A DNA stretch of 64,000 bases from the NCBI RefSeq assembly GCF_009914755.1, contig NC_060931.1; one strand, 5' to 3'. Of this stretch, positions 33,919 through 53,041 are shown piece after piece. Origin of the DNA: the human T2T-CHM13v2.0 reference genome, Homo sapiens. Position 1 is the first letter of the stretch. The number at the start of each line of letters is the position of its first letter. The notes under the pieces were generated by a model that saw nothing but the letters and a program-made list of their open reading frames with translations, was not told where the DNA came from and did not search any database. The translations under genes and the position numbers were made by a program.

Positions 33919-33989
33919 CTGAACTGGATTTAAAAAAAAAAAGATAAAACAGAACTTAGGCCAAAATTCCATACAGTGAAATAAATACA

Positions 33990-34320
<331 letters not shown>

Positions 34321-34633
34321 ATACAAATCCCCCTCCCACTGCTGTTCGCCCCTCCACCGCCGCCACAGCTCCACTACACATTAGCAAGCATGATTTACGC
34401 ATGGCAGTCAGAGCATACACAGCACATACATGCTCACCGCATTTATTCAACGGGCTCATCTCAGTGTGGTATAATCAGGGTACAGCTTTATCTTCTACTC
34501 GCGGCAGGATCTGTCTGATTTGCCTGCTCTGCTCCTTGATGACATTGACTAAGGGAGATTCCATCACTTTCACACTAACTTTCAGTTTTGAGAAATGTCC
34601 CCACATTGAAAAAGTTCAATTCAAAGTATATCA

Positions 34634-35106
<473 letters not shown>

Positions 35107-35694
35107 TCTCACCCTTTTGGAAACTGGGCGGGATTTCTGGAGCACCCCCTGAGGGCTCTGCATAGCACCATGCCTGGGTGGCTCTCTCTCAGCTCCAGGA
35201 CCCCCACCCTGGCAGCCCTGGGGCAGCTACACCCCATGGCACACACTGGGCCCAGGAGGAAGCTCAGCTCCATCGTCCCCACCCATCTGGGCCCACCTCT
35301 GCCCTCAGTCACCTCCATGCCAAGGGCAGACTCCAGTCGCCCTGCGATCCTGCCTTCCACAAAGCGAGACTCCATCTCGCTTGTGGGAAACACTCCACAA
35401 GCCCCCAGGAACTTTTTCCTGCAGCACCAAGACTTGAGACTCAGACACTTACTAACAGCCAGCCAGGGTGGAAAATTCTGGGCTCCCTTCCTGATGTACA
35501 CCCCTGCTCTTTGTGACTGGATCTCATGAAGCCCTTATCTCTCAGCTGCAGGGAGGCCAAGCCCTCCCCAAGCCCACGAGGGGGAGAAAGCACCATTTTT
35601 CCCCTAATGAATCTCTGGCCTCCCTTTCTAGAGGCAGGCGGTAGGTGATGGGAGAGCGTTGCTGGAGAGGTTGGCTGCCTTTTAGGAAGTCTGC

Positions 35695-36694
<1,000 letters not shown>

Positions 36695-37379
36695 TCCACC
36701 AAGGACGGATCTAGAGTCTCTCCTTAGGAAGTGTGGGTGTTTATCTCTTATTGTCTTTCTTTGGGGGACGCTGCTGAAAATTCAAGACCACATCCTATCA
36801 CATGTGTCTGTATACTTTCTGTTTTTAAAAAGTCTTACATAGTAGCACACCATTCTACATCTCAAATGTGTTCCTTTAACTCTATGTTGGAGATTATCTC
36901 AGATTAAGACACGGCTGCCAATCTTCGTGCCTTCAGTGTTTCATCATATTGATGTCCAGGGTTTCTTTAACCAATCCTCTATTAGTTGTTTCCAAACTTT
37001 GGCTAGTGTCAACAACACTGCAACAAATATTGATTAATCAATGGAGAATTTTTCTATGTGTATATCTGTATACCATCATGCCCAACTGACTTTTTTTTTT
37101 TGTAGAAAAAGAAAACATCCAGCGATGTTGATTTCTTAAATGTGGTACTAGCCTGTAAATGGATAGACAACTCAATGGAATAAACTGGTGCACAATTTGC
37201 ATTCCCATCAGCAAGGTTTGAAACTACCTGTTTTCCCATATCTTTACCAACACACCAACAAAGCATTATCAAACTTTGCCAAACTGATAGGCAAAAAATA
37301 CAGTACATCACTGTACTTTATTTTCTCTTTTTAATCTTTTTTTAAAAAAATTTCCCCACCTTCAGGCCTCTCATTGTAC

Positions 37380-37685
37380 TTTTTATTTTTATTTTTTGTG
37401 ACTCAGTCTCACTCTGTCGCTAGGGCTGAGTGCAGTGGGCAGTGGCGCGATTCTCAGCTCACTGAACCTCCGCCTCCTGGGTTCAAGCAATTCTCCTACC
37501 TCAGCCTCCCGAGTAGCTGGGATTACAGGCATGCGCCACCACACCCAGCTAATTTTTGTATTTTTAGTGGAGCTGGGGTTTCACCAGGTTGGCCAGGCTG
37601 GTCTCAAACTCCTGACCTCAAGTAATCCGCCCACCTTGGCCTCCCAAAGTGCTGGGATTACAGGCGTGAGCCACCAAGCCGGGCC
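37380..37685 (-). mobile_element. AluS element
   Basis: TSD tctcattgtacttt. Confidence 0.93.
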
Positions 37686-37779
37686 TTCTCATTGTACTTT
37701 AAATTGTCATTCTGTGCATTCTGAGTTAAGTCAGGTATCCTTCCACATGTTTAAGGCGCATGCACGTTTCCAAAAAAGG

Positions 37780-38030
37780 CAGTTAGATAATTTAGTTAGG
37801 TGGTTAGGATCGTGGACTCTAGAGCTACTAGAACGGCTGGGTTTGAATCTCAGCTTCACTGCTTAACAGCTATGAATGTCAGCAAATGACCCACCCTGTC
37901 TATGCCTGATTTCTCTTGGGGACAATAACAGTACGTACCCTATGGAGTTGCGGAGAGGATTAACTATGTTACTTAAGGCAATTCTAGAAGACTACCTAGG
38001 GCAATGGAAAAGTGCTATGTAGTGTAGGTA
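37780..38030 (+). mobile_element. MIR
   Basis: tggttagga...ctgggtttgaatctcagct...gaggattaa. Confidence 0.7.
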
Positions 38031-38220
38031 TTAGTGTTACCCTTTTTTTTTTTCTATTAAGATATAGACCTGCAGGAGTTAGTATACAGGTATTAGGAAT
38101 ATTAGTCTTTTGTCTGTGTTGTGGATTATAAGCACATTTTCCAACACTGCCTTTTGACTTTGTTTTTACCTAAATTGACTTTTTTTTATTGTGGTACAAT
38201 ATATAAAACATAAGACTTAC

Positions 38221-39430
38221 TGTGTCCAGAATTGGTGGGTTCTTGGTCTCACTGACTTCAAGAATGAAGCCGCGGCCCCTCACGGTTGAGTGTTACAGTT
38301 CTTAAAGGCCGCGTGTCTGGAGTTTGCTCCATCTGAGGTTCGGATGTGTTTGGAGTTTCTTCATTCCGGTGGGTTTGTGGTCTGGCTGGATCAGGAGTGA
38401 AGCTGCAGACCTTCACGGTGAGTGTTACAGCTCATAAAGGCAGTGTGGACCCAAACAGTGATCAGCAGCAAGATTTATTGCAAAAAACGAAAGAACAAAA
38501 TTTCCACAGTACAGAAGGAGACCCAAACAAGTTGCCGCTGTTGGCTGGGGTAGCCTGCTTTTATTCCCTTATCTGGCCCCACCCACATCCTGCTGATTGG
38601 TCCATTTTACAGAGAGCCGATTGGTCTGTTTTGACAGGGTGCTAATTGGTGCTTTTACAATCCCTGAGCTAGACACAAAACTTCTCCACCTCCCCACTAG
38701 ATTAGCTAAATACAGAGTGTCCATTGGTGTATTTACAAACCCTGAGCTAGACACAGAGTGCTGATTGGTGTATTTACAATCCCTTAGCTAGACATAAAGA
38801 TTCTCCAAGTCCCCACCAGACTCAGGAGGCTAGCTGGCTTCATCCAGTGGATCCCGCACCCGGGTCGCAGGTGGAGCTGCTTGCCAGTCCTGTGCAGTGC
38901 ACCCGCACTCCACAGCCCTTGGGTGGTCGATGGAACTGGGCGCCGTGGAGCAGGGGGCGGTGCTAGTCGGGGAGGCTGGGGCCGCGCAGGAGCCCACGGC
39001 TGGAGGGCGCTGAGGCTCAGGCATGGCGGGCTGCAGGTCCCGATCCCTGCCCTGCGGGGAGGCCGCTAAGGCCCGGCGAGAAGTCGAGCACAGCAGCTGC
39101 TGGCCCAGGTGCTAAGCCCCTCACTGCCCCGGGCCTGCGGGGCCGGCCGGCCCCTCCGAGTGCGGGGCCCGCCGAGCCCACGCCCACCCGGAACTGGCGC
39201 TGGCCCGCAAGCGCCAGGCGCAGCCCCGGTTCCCGCCCACGCCTCTCCCTCCACACTTCCCTGCAAGCTGAGGGAGCCGGCTCCAGCCTTGGCCAGCCCA
39301 GAAAGGGGCTCCCACAGTGCAGCGGTGGGCTGAAGGGCTTCTCAAGCGCGGCCAGAGTGGGCGCCAAGGCCGAGGAGGCGCGGAGAGTGAGGGAGGGCTG
39401 CAAGGGCTGCCGGCACGCTGTCACCTCTCA
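38221..39430 (-). mobile_element. LTR12(C-like) ERV9 solo LTR
   Basis: Reverse complement begins tgagaggtgacagcgtg and ends accaattctggacaca; 4-bp TSD ttac at 38217-38220 and 39431-39434. Confidence 0.93.
38550..38770 (-). promoter_or_regulatory. LTR12 promoter core: five CCAAT (NF-Y) boxes and an AATAAAA TATA-like element
   Basis: attgg near 38597, 38620, 38645, 38723 and 38764; gcctgcttttattcc at about 38553-38567. Confidence 0.6.
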
Positions 39431-39514
39431 TTACCAGAAATCATTTTTAGGTGTACAGTTCAGTGGAATTACAGTGTTTAGAGGCATGTTTTTGTGTGTG
39501 TGTTGTCAAAATTT

Positions 39515-39795
<281 letters not shown>

Positions 39796-40150
39796 TTCAA
39801 CCTTTTATTTTATGATTTCTGGGTTTGACATTGTTTTAAAGGCCTTTCCACTATATGATTTTTTAATCTCCCATATTTTACTACTGCTTTTATGGTTTCC
39901 ATTTTGGCATTTTAATATCAATGAATCTGTATCTTATTTTAGCTGAGGATGTGAAGAAGAGATTCGATTTTCTTTCTGGATGGGTAGCCAGAAGTCTCAA
40001 TGCCATTAATTGAATAGTGTCATTCCAAGTGTCTAGCCCATTTTATAAACTAATACCCTGCTTAGAAACGAAATTCCTGTATATATTTAGGTCTATTCTG
40101 GAACTTTGGATTTATTCCATTGAGTTGTCTATCCATTTACAGGCTAGTAC

Positions 40151-40738
<588 letters not shown>

Positions 40739-41506
40739 TCAAATACCTGGTAGAGTTAGTCTCTTATCATTGCTCTTCTGGTTCGAAAGTTCCTGGTTAT
40801 TTGTTTTTCCATATAAACTTTAGAATCAGTTTGTTGAATTAAAAAGGTTCCTACTGATTTGGGTGGGAGTGGGGAGTTTTGGCCCTGCTTAAAGGATGAA
40901 GTCCAGTCCCATCTGCTGAGGTTGTAGGTGTCTTGAAGGGTCCCTCTCCCAACTCTTGCTGCTGCCCAGCTCATGTCCAGCTCAGTCACAGAAGGTGCGG
41001 GGCAGCCAGGACCTCCAATCCATCCATCTGAGATGGATGCTGTACCCTCTAAGCAGCCTCAGACCCCTACATGGGTGGTAGCTGGGGTCAGCACAGCTAT
41101 AGGGGTGGCCATAGCCACAGCCAGGTGAAGCCTCAGCCGCTGCAGTCCTGACCAGGGAAGCTGGAGGCCCTGCCTGGTGCACAGGGCTGTGGGCCCCCCT
41201 GGGGGAAGGCGGTGAGACCTGAGGGCAGACCATACCCATGCCGCAGGCCTCAGGCACGAGTTCCTTCCGTATTTCCAGGGCCCACTGAGTCCATCCCCAG
41301 GCGCCATGCCAGATGCACTCCTCTTTCCAAATGGTGGAGCTTCCCAGGGTGACACACCAAAACCAGATGGCACGCTTTCTTTCTTTTTATGCTTAGATTT
41401 TTTTTTTCTGGTGTTAAAATAACACATGATCCAAATGAAAACATGATATATATATATAAGAAAATTAAAATTACCAAAAATGTCTGACCCAGAAATAAAT
41501 GAGTAA

Positions 41507-41852
<346 letters not shown>

Positions 41853-42105
41853 TTCTCTTCCTGGATTTCTTTATATCTGGATGTTAAATGTCCAGATTGA
41901 TATGTTTCTCAAATCTTCCATCCCCCCTATTCCCATTGTTGTATTAACTTGTTTCCCTCTTTATTAACAAAATCGAGTAGCTTTTCATATTTAATTAACT
42001 GGCCATTTATCTTCTGATTTTTTTTATTAAGTTGAAATTTTATGTAAAACAACTGACTATAAACAAATAACTTGTCAGTATATTATTACATTTAAAAGGA
42101 TGCCA

Positions 42106-42406
42106 GACTGGGTGTGGTGGCTCACACCTGTAGTTCCAACACTTTGGGAGGTCAAGGTGGATGAATAGCTTGAGCTCAGGAGTTCAAGACTAGCCTGGGC
42201 AACATGGCAAAACCCCATCTCTACAAAAAATACAAAAATTAGCCAGACATAGTGGTGCACACCTGTGGTCCCAGCTACATGGGAGGCTGAGGCAGGAGGA
42301 TCACTTGAGCCCAGGAGGTCAGGGCTGCAGTGAGCCATGTTTACACCACTGCAACCCCGCCTGAGTGACAGAGCGAGACCCTGTCTCAAAAAAAAAAAAA
42401 AAAAAA
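42106..42406 (+). mobile_element. AluJ
   Basis: Full-length with an A tail. Confidence 0.92.
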
Positions 42407-43841
42407 GGTCAACTTTGACCCAGATTTATATATTGGTACCTTGCATTATATAGACTCCACAGCATTTCGTACAAAGCTCAGCAAATAATAGTAGTTGCTA
42501 AATATCTTTGTTGAATAAATCTTCAACTCACAGGTTCCTTCTAAATCTTAATCTAGTACTTCCTCCAGGGTTAAACAGTAAATGACTTTCTTTAGCTCTT
42601 TATTCTAGAAAAATTTTAAATACTATTTGTTGAATATTTACTACTTGTCCCTGCTCCAAACTGTTTAGATGTGGTGATTTAATCCTTACAACAATACTAG
42701 GAGATAGGTCCTCTCGTCATCTGCATTTTACAGATAAGAAAACTTATCTGAACATTTAAGTGGCTGAGCTGAACTTTAGCGCCTATACTTTAACTATTGT
42801 GCTAGGTCCCTCTTTAGCTGGTTCAGTTCACGCACCGATTCTGATCCATTTATAGTTCTTCGGCACACATTGTTGAGAAGAATTCTGGGGCAGTATCTAG
42901 GCTCCATAAGAAAAAAAAAAAAAGAAACTCTGCCTCGATTAATGATGTCTGCCATATATGCGCAGGAATGGGGAGGTGGGAGTTACTTCTTTTTTTTTTT
43001 TTTTAACTCTGCTGAATCATTCCTTGGAGAAAAATTATCTCTGGGGTTATATACAGCTCTAACGCCTTCTAAATTGGGGCATGTTGACATCTGAAGTGTT
43101 TAAAGCCTGCTTTGTTTCCTAGCTGTAGTAGAATTCTTTAACTGCCTGTTTATAATTTATCTGAGAGAAACACTGGTAATTAGGCATCTGAGCATTCCTC
43201 CAATTCCCTAGTTTCTTCCTTTTCCTGTGGTAAAAACAGAAAGTCAGAAAAATAATCACATTGCATCATGATACCAGTGGGCTGTATAAAAAGCCCCGTG
43301 ATGTTATTTTTCCGATCATTGCTTTCCTCACAGCCAGCATTTAGACCATGCCAAATACCCCTCCCATCAGATGGTTAGAAATGGCCATACAGTCGGTCTC
43401 TTTACTAACCTTTCTACATCCCAAACAGTTTTACAACTTGGCTTCAGCTGCAGGGCAGCCCAGCTTTTAAAGGAATTAGATCCTTTTCCCAGAATCTCCA
43501 TTAAAGAGAACTTAACACAGCTTTAGGAGAAAGAGATATAAAGTGATTTTCTCCAATCTCTACCCACTTTTCCAAGTGCTCTTTTATCTTACATTCAGAA
43601 CCAATCTATTCATTTAGAATCGTTCTATGAGGTGTTCAGTATACACTTTCCCATCCTTTAAACATTTTTTTCTCAGCTAAAGTAATATACGTATATTGAG
43701 AATTCCTGGGATGGCTGTTATCTCCTCTAACTACAAAGCAGGAAACCAGATGGAGAAGAAAAATCACTGAGAAATCTCACATTGTCCTGATTACCTCCGG
43801 CCGAGAAAGAGAAAAGTTATTTGGGAGGTCAGCTGTCATAA

Positions 43842-44250
<409 letters not shown>

Positions 44251-44768
44251 TAAAGGAGCACCTCTGGCCCTTGATGAGGCCTCCCTCTTGGCCTCATGGT
44301 CATCAGCAGACATCCAGATGAGGTCCAGCATTGTAGTGAGCACCTTGCAGATGGTGAGCTGCTCAGACCGTGCCCACTTTGGTGTATTCGGGACTCTTAG
44401 CTATTCCCAAAGCACCCGCTATCAGGCCAGATAAAGGTAACCTCTGGCTGCCTTCTGCATAGGAAGGCAGGAGCCCCCAGTACTGCAGTTCACGCGGGCT
44501 CCTAGAGAACTTTCTGAGGGACACCTAGCAACGTGCCTCTGGACAGCCACCCTGTCCAGAACCTTCCCCATGAGGGTACACAGTCTGCTGCCCCTGGGAA
44601 GGAACAGCATCTCATCTTTTTTTGGATGCCGCACTGGCTAGGATGTTTTCTGGCCCATGATCACTAGAAATGTTTGCCTGTAAGAGACCAAGCTCCAGGA
44701 ACCCCCTGCTGCTTGCTGTATCTCACTATCTACAACATTCAAGCCTGACCCCAGGAAGTCCTCTTTTG

Positions 44769-45340
<572 letters not shown>

Positions 45341-45624
45341 AAGTCCTCTCCTGCATATGCCCCACACACCTGCGGGTGGTGACATCCCCTGCTGTGATCT
45401 TGGTACACAAGGCAAACCCATAGCCAAATGTGTCCAACCTGAATTTCTTTCCTAAGCCCAGTCACTGGATGTTCCCTTTTTTGCCATTGCTTACTTTTAT
45501 TTTTGTTATTGTGAAGTCGTATATGTATATAAAACATATAAACAGGTTTAAAAAAACAAATTCAACCCTTATGTACTCATAACCCAGGCTATAAAATATA
45601 ACATTAGTAAAAACCTTAGGCATC

Positions 45625-47184
<1,560 letters not shown>

Positions 47185-47901
47185 GATTCCCATGTGTGTT
47201 CTTCCTAAATGACATCTCCCTTTCTTCCCAAAGAGGTAACCACTTGGGTTACTTTTGTGTTAATCATTTTCTTACTTTTGAAACAGGTTTTTTTGTTTGT
47301 TTGTTTTGTTTTTTAATCACCTGACTATATATACGTAACCAAACATTGCTGAGTTTTGAAAAGCTGGGTATGAAGCACAAGGCCAGCTGAATAAGGTCAG
47401 GGCTTCACTGTCACTTCGAGATGAAGGCTTCCAGGATGAGATATTCCCATGGGGTCTCAGGTCATAAAATGGCTGAGCTTCCCCGACAGTGTTCAGAGCC
47501 CCTTCTGAGAAAGACAGTGGATATACCAAGGGCTATCCAGGGAAACCCAGGGCTCACTTGGATTAGGGCACCTATGTAGACAAGACATTGGGCCCGCCGA
47601 AGGGTGAGGGTTGGGTAAGTGCACTGCATTTGTTTATGTGGTTTGGGTCAGCAGCATCCAAGATGGCCTCCAGGGCTCCCTACTTCTCAACTTTCCCCCA
47701 TCTTCAGAGGTCCCTTGTGCTGCCTGTTCCTGTACCTCTTGAGGATTCAGCAGGGTAAATGACATTGGTACTTTGCTCCTCACACTGGCCAATTATGACT
47801 CAGTTTCCCAGGTCTGCCCTTTCATCCTCCTTATGGGTTTGCATATTATCTTTTAAATCCCTTTGCTGTAGTTTTAGTGGGATTTCATTAAGAATAAGTT
47901 A

Positions 47902-48203
<302 letters not shown>

Positions 48204-48535
48204 GAATAAGTTAGATGCATGTGTTCAACCCACCATCTTCACCTGCAACCCTTTCTCTTGGTCCTACTTTCCATGGAGCTGTGTTGTTAAGATTCCTTTA
48301 TTCACTCATTTGCCAAATAATTCCTGAGCTCCTGATGTCTGCGATGCTGAGACATCAAGAGGAATGAGGCTCTCTCAGCCTGCGAGTAGCTTACACTCTA
48401 GTAGGGAAGACAGACAAGGAAATAGGTCTTCACAATATAGGCAAGGATCTCCTGATGACTGTTGAGAAGGCTGAGCCCTGGAGGATGCGAAGGAGTGAGA
48501 CGGGGATGGGAAGTCAATGGGACAGGGGCTCTGGG

Positions 48536-48623
48536 TCAATATCTCAAGCCCGGAAAGATGAGTTAATTATTGAAGGAAACAATATTAAGCATTGTTATCA
48601 AATTCAGATTGCCACTTTGATTC
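48536..48623. repeat. ~90-bp paired duplication, copy 1 (partner 50301-50395)
   Basis: 84/88 identical plus one 7-nt indel. Confidence 0.95.
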
Positions 48624-48894
48624 CAAAGACCCAGGAAGGATAAAGCCTTAAGGCAACTGGGGGGCCATCAGCTCTCAGAGGGTGATGGAAGCCTTGGCTG
48701 GGGGAGCACATCCAGGAAAAGTGTGGTAGTGAAGGACATGCTGGCCAAGGACTAGGAGAGACAACAGCAGCACCTGTGGGCTAAGCACAGTCTCCCCAAG
48801 GAGACTGAGGAGCAGAGCTGGCAAGGGAGGGGGATGGTGTATACAATGATGGCCACCACGAAGCTTTCAAAAAGTCCAGGCTTTCAAAAGGAAC

Positions 48895-49165
48895 ACAGAA
48901 ACCAATACTGCATGATTCCACCTAGAGTTGTCACATTCATGGAAACACACAGTAGAATGATGCTTGCCAGGGACTGGGGGAGGGGAGGGGAGGCATTGTT
49001 TAATGGGTACAGAGTTCCAGCTTTGCAAGATGGAAGAGCTCTGGAGATTGGTTGGCCAACAATGGGAATGAACTTTACACTACTGAACTGTACGCCTGAA
49101 AATGGTTAAGATGGTCAATTTTACGTTGTGCATTTTCTACCACAATAAAAAATTTAAACAAATGT
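48895..49165 (+). mobile_element. L1MB-type 3' end
   Basis: aatactgcatgattccac...ttgtttaatgggtacagagtt...aaaatggttaagatggtcaattttacg...cacaataaaaa. Confidence 0.8.
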
Positions 49166-50300
49166 TTTTAAAAAGTAACACAAAAACCAGAGCCTACATT
49201 CCTGGATTCTTTACTCTTTTATGATTAGGACAACTCCATGAACTAGCGCCCCCATATAAGGGTCAAAGCTGGTGTCCCTCATCACCACTGGAGCATGAGG
49301 CTTTGCCTGCCCTCTCCTTAGCCGTGAGCACTTCTGAGTACCACACGCCTGTAGACAGCCCTCTACGTGCACACCGAGCTTGCCATGCAGATGTGCTTCA
49401 AGCCAGGTCTCTTAGCATCCTCCCACAACTGCACGACTGCCGCTTTCCCATCATGCCTCTTAGAAAGAAATTCTGGCACCTGTCCTATGAGTTAACCAGT
49501 ACTCCAGTGTGTGCAGCCACTGCTGAAGCTTACCAGTTGCTAAGGGCGTCTGCTGTGACTCCAACAGTGCCAATACCCACTTTGGGTCCCATGGTGCAGC
49601 CTCTATAAATTCAGATGGATTCTTGCTGCCTTTTTTCACAAGGTGGACTTTCCACTCTGCTCCTGGGCTCCTGGGTTGGCCCAAGTGGGGCATGGGGGTG
49701 ATCTGGCTGGTGGGGCCAACCAAGAGGGTAAAGCCACCTGAGAGGCCCAGGTGGACATGGGGCCTTGAGGTGGGGTCTGGCTGCAGGGCCTGGCTCTGGG
49801 TCAGCACAAGAAAGTCCAAAGTTTTGCCCAAGAGTCGTAGCATCATTAGAGCCGACACAGCACCTTCCGCCTGCCAGGTGCCCTTCTGAGCTCTTCACGT
49901 GCATGTACTCAATGAGTTCTCCCAGAAAACCTATGAGATCAGAACTAGGAAGTCCCATTTTATGGATGGAGAAACAGAAGCAAAACCAGGAGCTCTCTCT
50001 TGGCCCCATCTGTGGTGAGAATGAAGGTCATTCTCAGCAATCACACCATCAGCATTCCAGAAAGCATCAGCCTCACTAGGAAGGGACATACAGGGATTGG
50101 GAAGGGTCCCAGAAGAACCCTGTGGAGGGATTTGCATCACATCAATGCTGAACTCTGTCTCCTTAGAAAGGAAAGGAAGAGGCTCCAGGCTGACAAAGGG
50201 TGGGAGGTAGGAAGGAACTGGCCACACTGCCTGTAGTCGGGGTGCTCCCCTGGGCTTCTGATACATCATCAGGGTTTGGATGAGACCAGGCATTTCTTGT

Positions 50301-50395
50301 TCAATATCTCAAGCCCAGAAAGATGAGTGATCAGTTAATTCTTGAAGGAAACAATATTAAGCATTGTTATCAAATTCAGGCTGCCACTTTGATTC
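50301..50395. repeat. ~90-bp paired duplication, copy 2
   Basis: Matches 48536-48623. Confidence 0.95.
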
Positions 50396-51423
50396 TACAG
50401 GTCACAACAAGGACAGCAAAAAAAATTTTGGATGGTATTTAAGTCTCCAAAAAAAGAAAAGTTCCGTAGGCTGAGGAAGATCTGAGTTGACCAGCTATGG
50501 AAACAAGATGGCAGATGATTCTTCAGACCTCTTTGTAATATTTTAAAGATGCAATAACAGCCCTCTATTAAAGATAAAAGAAGCAGAGGGAGGTGAAATT
50601 ACTTGTTCAAGGTAACACAGCCAGTGTGAGGCAGAGCTCCATCCAAATCCACAAAGTCAGGCTCTGAAATTGGCACCCTTGCCGCTGTGCAACCGTCACC
50701 CCAGCTGTCAGCCTTTGGGTGGAAAATCAGAGAGGTGGCTGGGGAGCCGAGGGAGCCCAGAGCCCAGCTGGGGTCCATCATGGTTTGTGATCATTCAGCT
50801 GCATGAGGTGGGGCTCAGCAACCAGTGAGGTGGGCTGTGGGCCTCGAGTTCAGCCCCAGAGAAGGGGCCTGGTCCAAGCCAGGCAGGGGTCGGGGACCAA
50901 CTGCAGTCCCAGCAAAGGGCACCTGGGTTTCCTTGGCTCAGAGCCATTGCTCAGTTTATGTGCTGGGGCCCTGATGGGCTGACCTGAGAGGCAGGAGTGC
51001 TGGATCCCCAGGGCTATGATGCAGGCACTGGTTCTGAGTTAGATGGCAGCAAAGCACAGCAATGAGGGTGACCTGGTTGGCACCTGCCTTCTGGGTCAAG
51101 GAGGGTGACTTCATGGCAAAGACTCGTGGTTGGTGAAGATCAAGGAGTAAAGGGCACATGTGCAGGCAAGAGCACCAGTGGTCTCAGGACAGGGAAGGAA
51201 AGGGCATGCCACATGCACATGGTGCTGCTCCTCACTGGGTCAGCCATGCTCCTGCCTCGGGGCCTTTGTACTTGCTCTGCCTCGGCCTAGAGCCCTCTTC
51301 CCCAGATACCCCCATGACTCATCTCCTCACTCCCCTCAGGCCTGTGCTCAAAGTTCACCTTATCAGAGAGGCCTTCCCTTCAGAGACCTTCCCCACCACT
51401 TACCATCCCCTTCCCATAGAGAC

Positions 51424-51914
51424 TGTGTTTCCCAGGGGTACTGCAGCAATCTCTTCTGTCCCACGTGTTCTTTCTCCAGCCCCTTGACTATGGGAACCTT
51501 GTGACTGCTTGGACCAACAGAATATGGCGCTAGACACAGTGCTAGTTCCAAACACAGTGTTCTTGGAACACTTTCCTCTTGAAGACCTCCTTCCAGATCC
51601 CAGCTGGCATGTTGAAAAGCCCAGGTCACATGGAGAGGCCACAAGTAGGTATCCAGGTTGACAGCCCAGCTTGGCTCCCAGCTGACAGTCAACCTCTGCA
51701 GTCAACAGAGTGAGCCACTCAGATGTCCAGCCAGCAGATTCCTCAGATGACTAAAGGCCTGGCCAGCATCTGATGGCAACCACATGCAAAACCCCACAAG
51801 ATCCACCCTGCTGAGCCCAGTCAACCAAAGAGCCATAAGAGATGAAACTGACTTGTTGTTTTAGGCCACTAAGTTTTGGGGTGGTATGTTTCACAGCAAC
51901 AGTTAACTGGAACA
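51424..51914 (+). mobile_element. MLT1G/H-type LTR inserted in an L2
   Basis: cacatggagaggccac...gctgagcccagtcaacc...gccactaagttttggggtgg...aactggaaca; L2 pieces at 51240-51420 and 51915-52092. Confidence 0.7.
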
Positions 51915-52393
51915 TTTACTCGCTTAATTAATTTTTCATAGCACTTACCACCACCTGACATTTCATCATAAGCTATTTGTTTCTTGTCTCTTTCTTTCTC
52001 TTGGTTTTGCTTACTGCTAGACTCTTTGCACTGAGAGCAGTGCCTGGCACATAGAAAGCCCTCAATACATATTCTCTGAATGGATGAATGAATCCAAAGA
52101 CATTTGGTGAAAAATCTTAATGCAGTAGTCAATGTGATTTCATTGGTTCCTGATAAGCCTAACACTGGTTTGTTTCTGAGCATAGGCTGGGTGTCACATT
52201 TGGTCAGATTTATTCATTAGCAACCATTTATTGAGCTTCTACTATGTGGTAGGCCCTGGAGATAAATCAGTGAACAAAAGCAAAAATCCCTGCTCTCATT
52301 CTAGTGGTAAGGAGACAGGCAATAAACAAAAGACATAAGTAAAATTACTTGGTATATTGGAAGGGGAAAGATTGCAAAGAAAAGAAATCTGAT

Positions 52394-53041
<648 letters not shown>

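Noticed and set aside
38830-39424. GC-rich ORFs and an apparent gene-associated CpG island
   Set aside because: They lie entirely within the LTR12 U3 region.
40860-41380. GC-rich block next to an L1M remnant as a possible retrocopy
   Set aside because: No recognisable protein or RNA homology and no TSD found.
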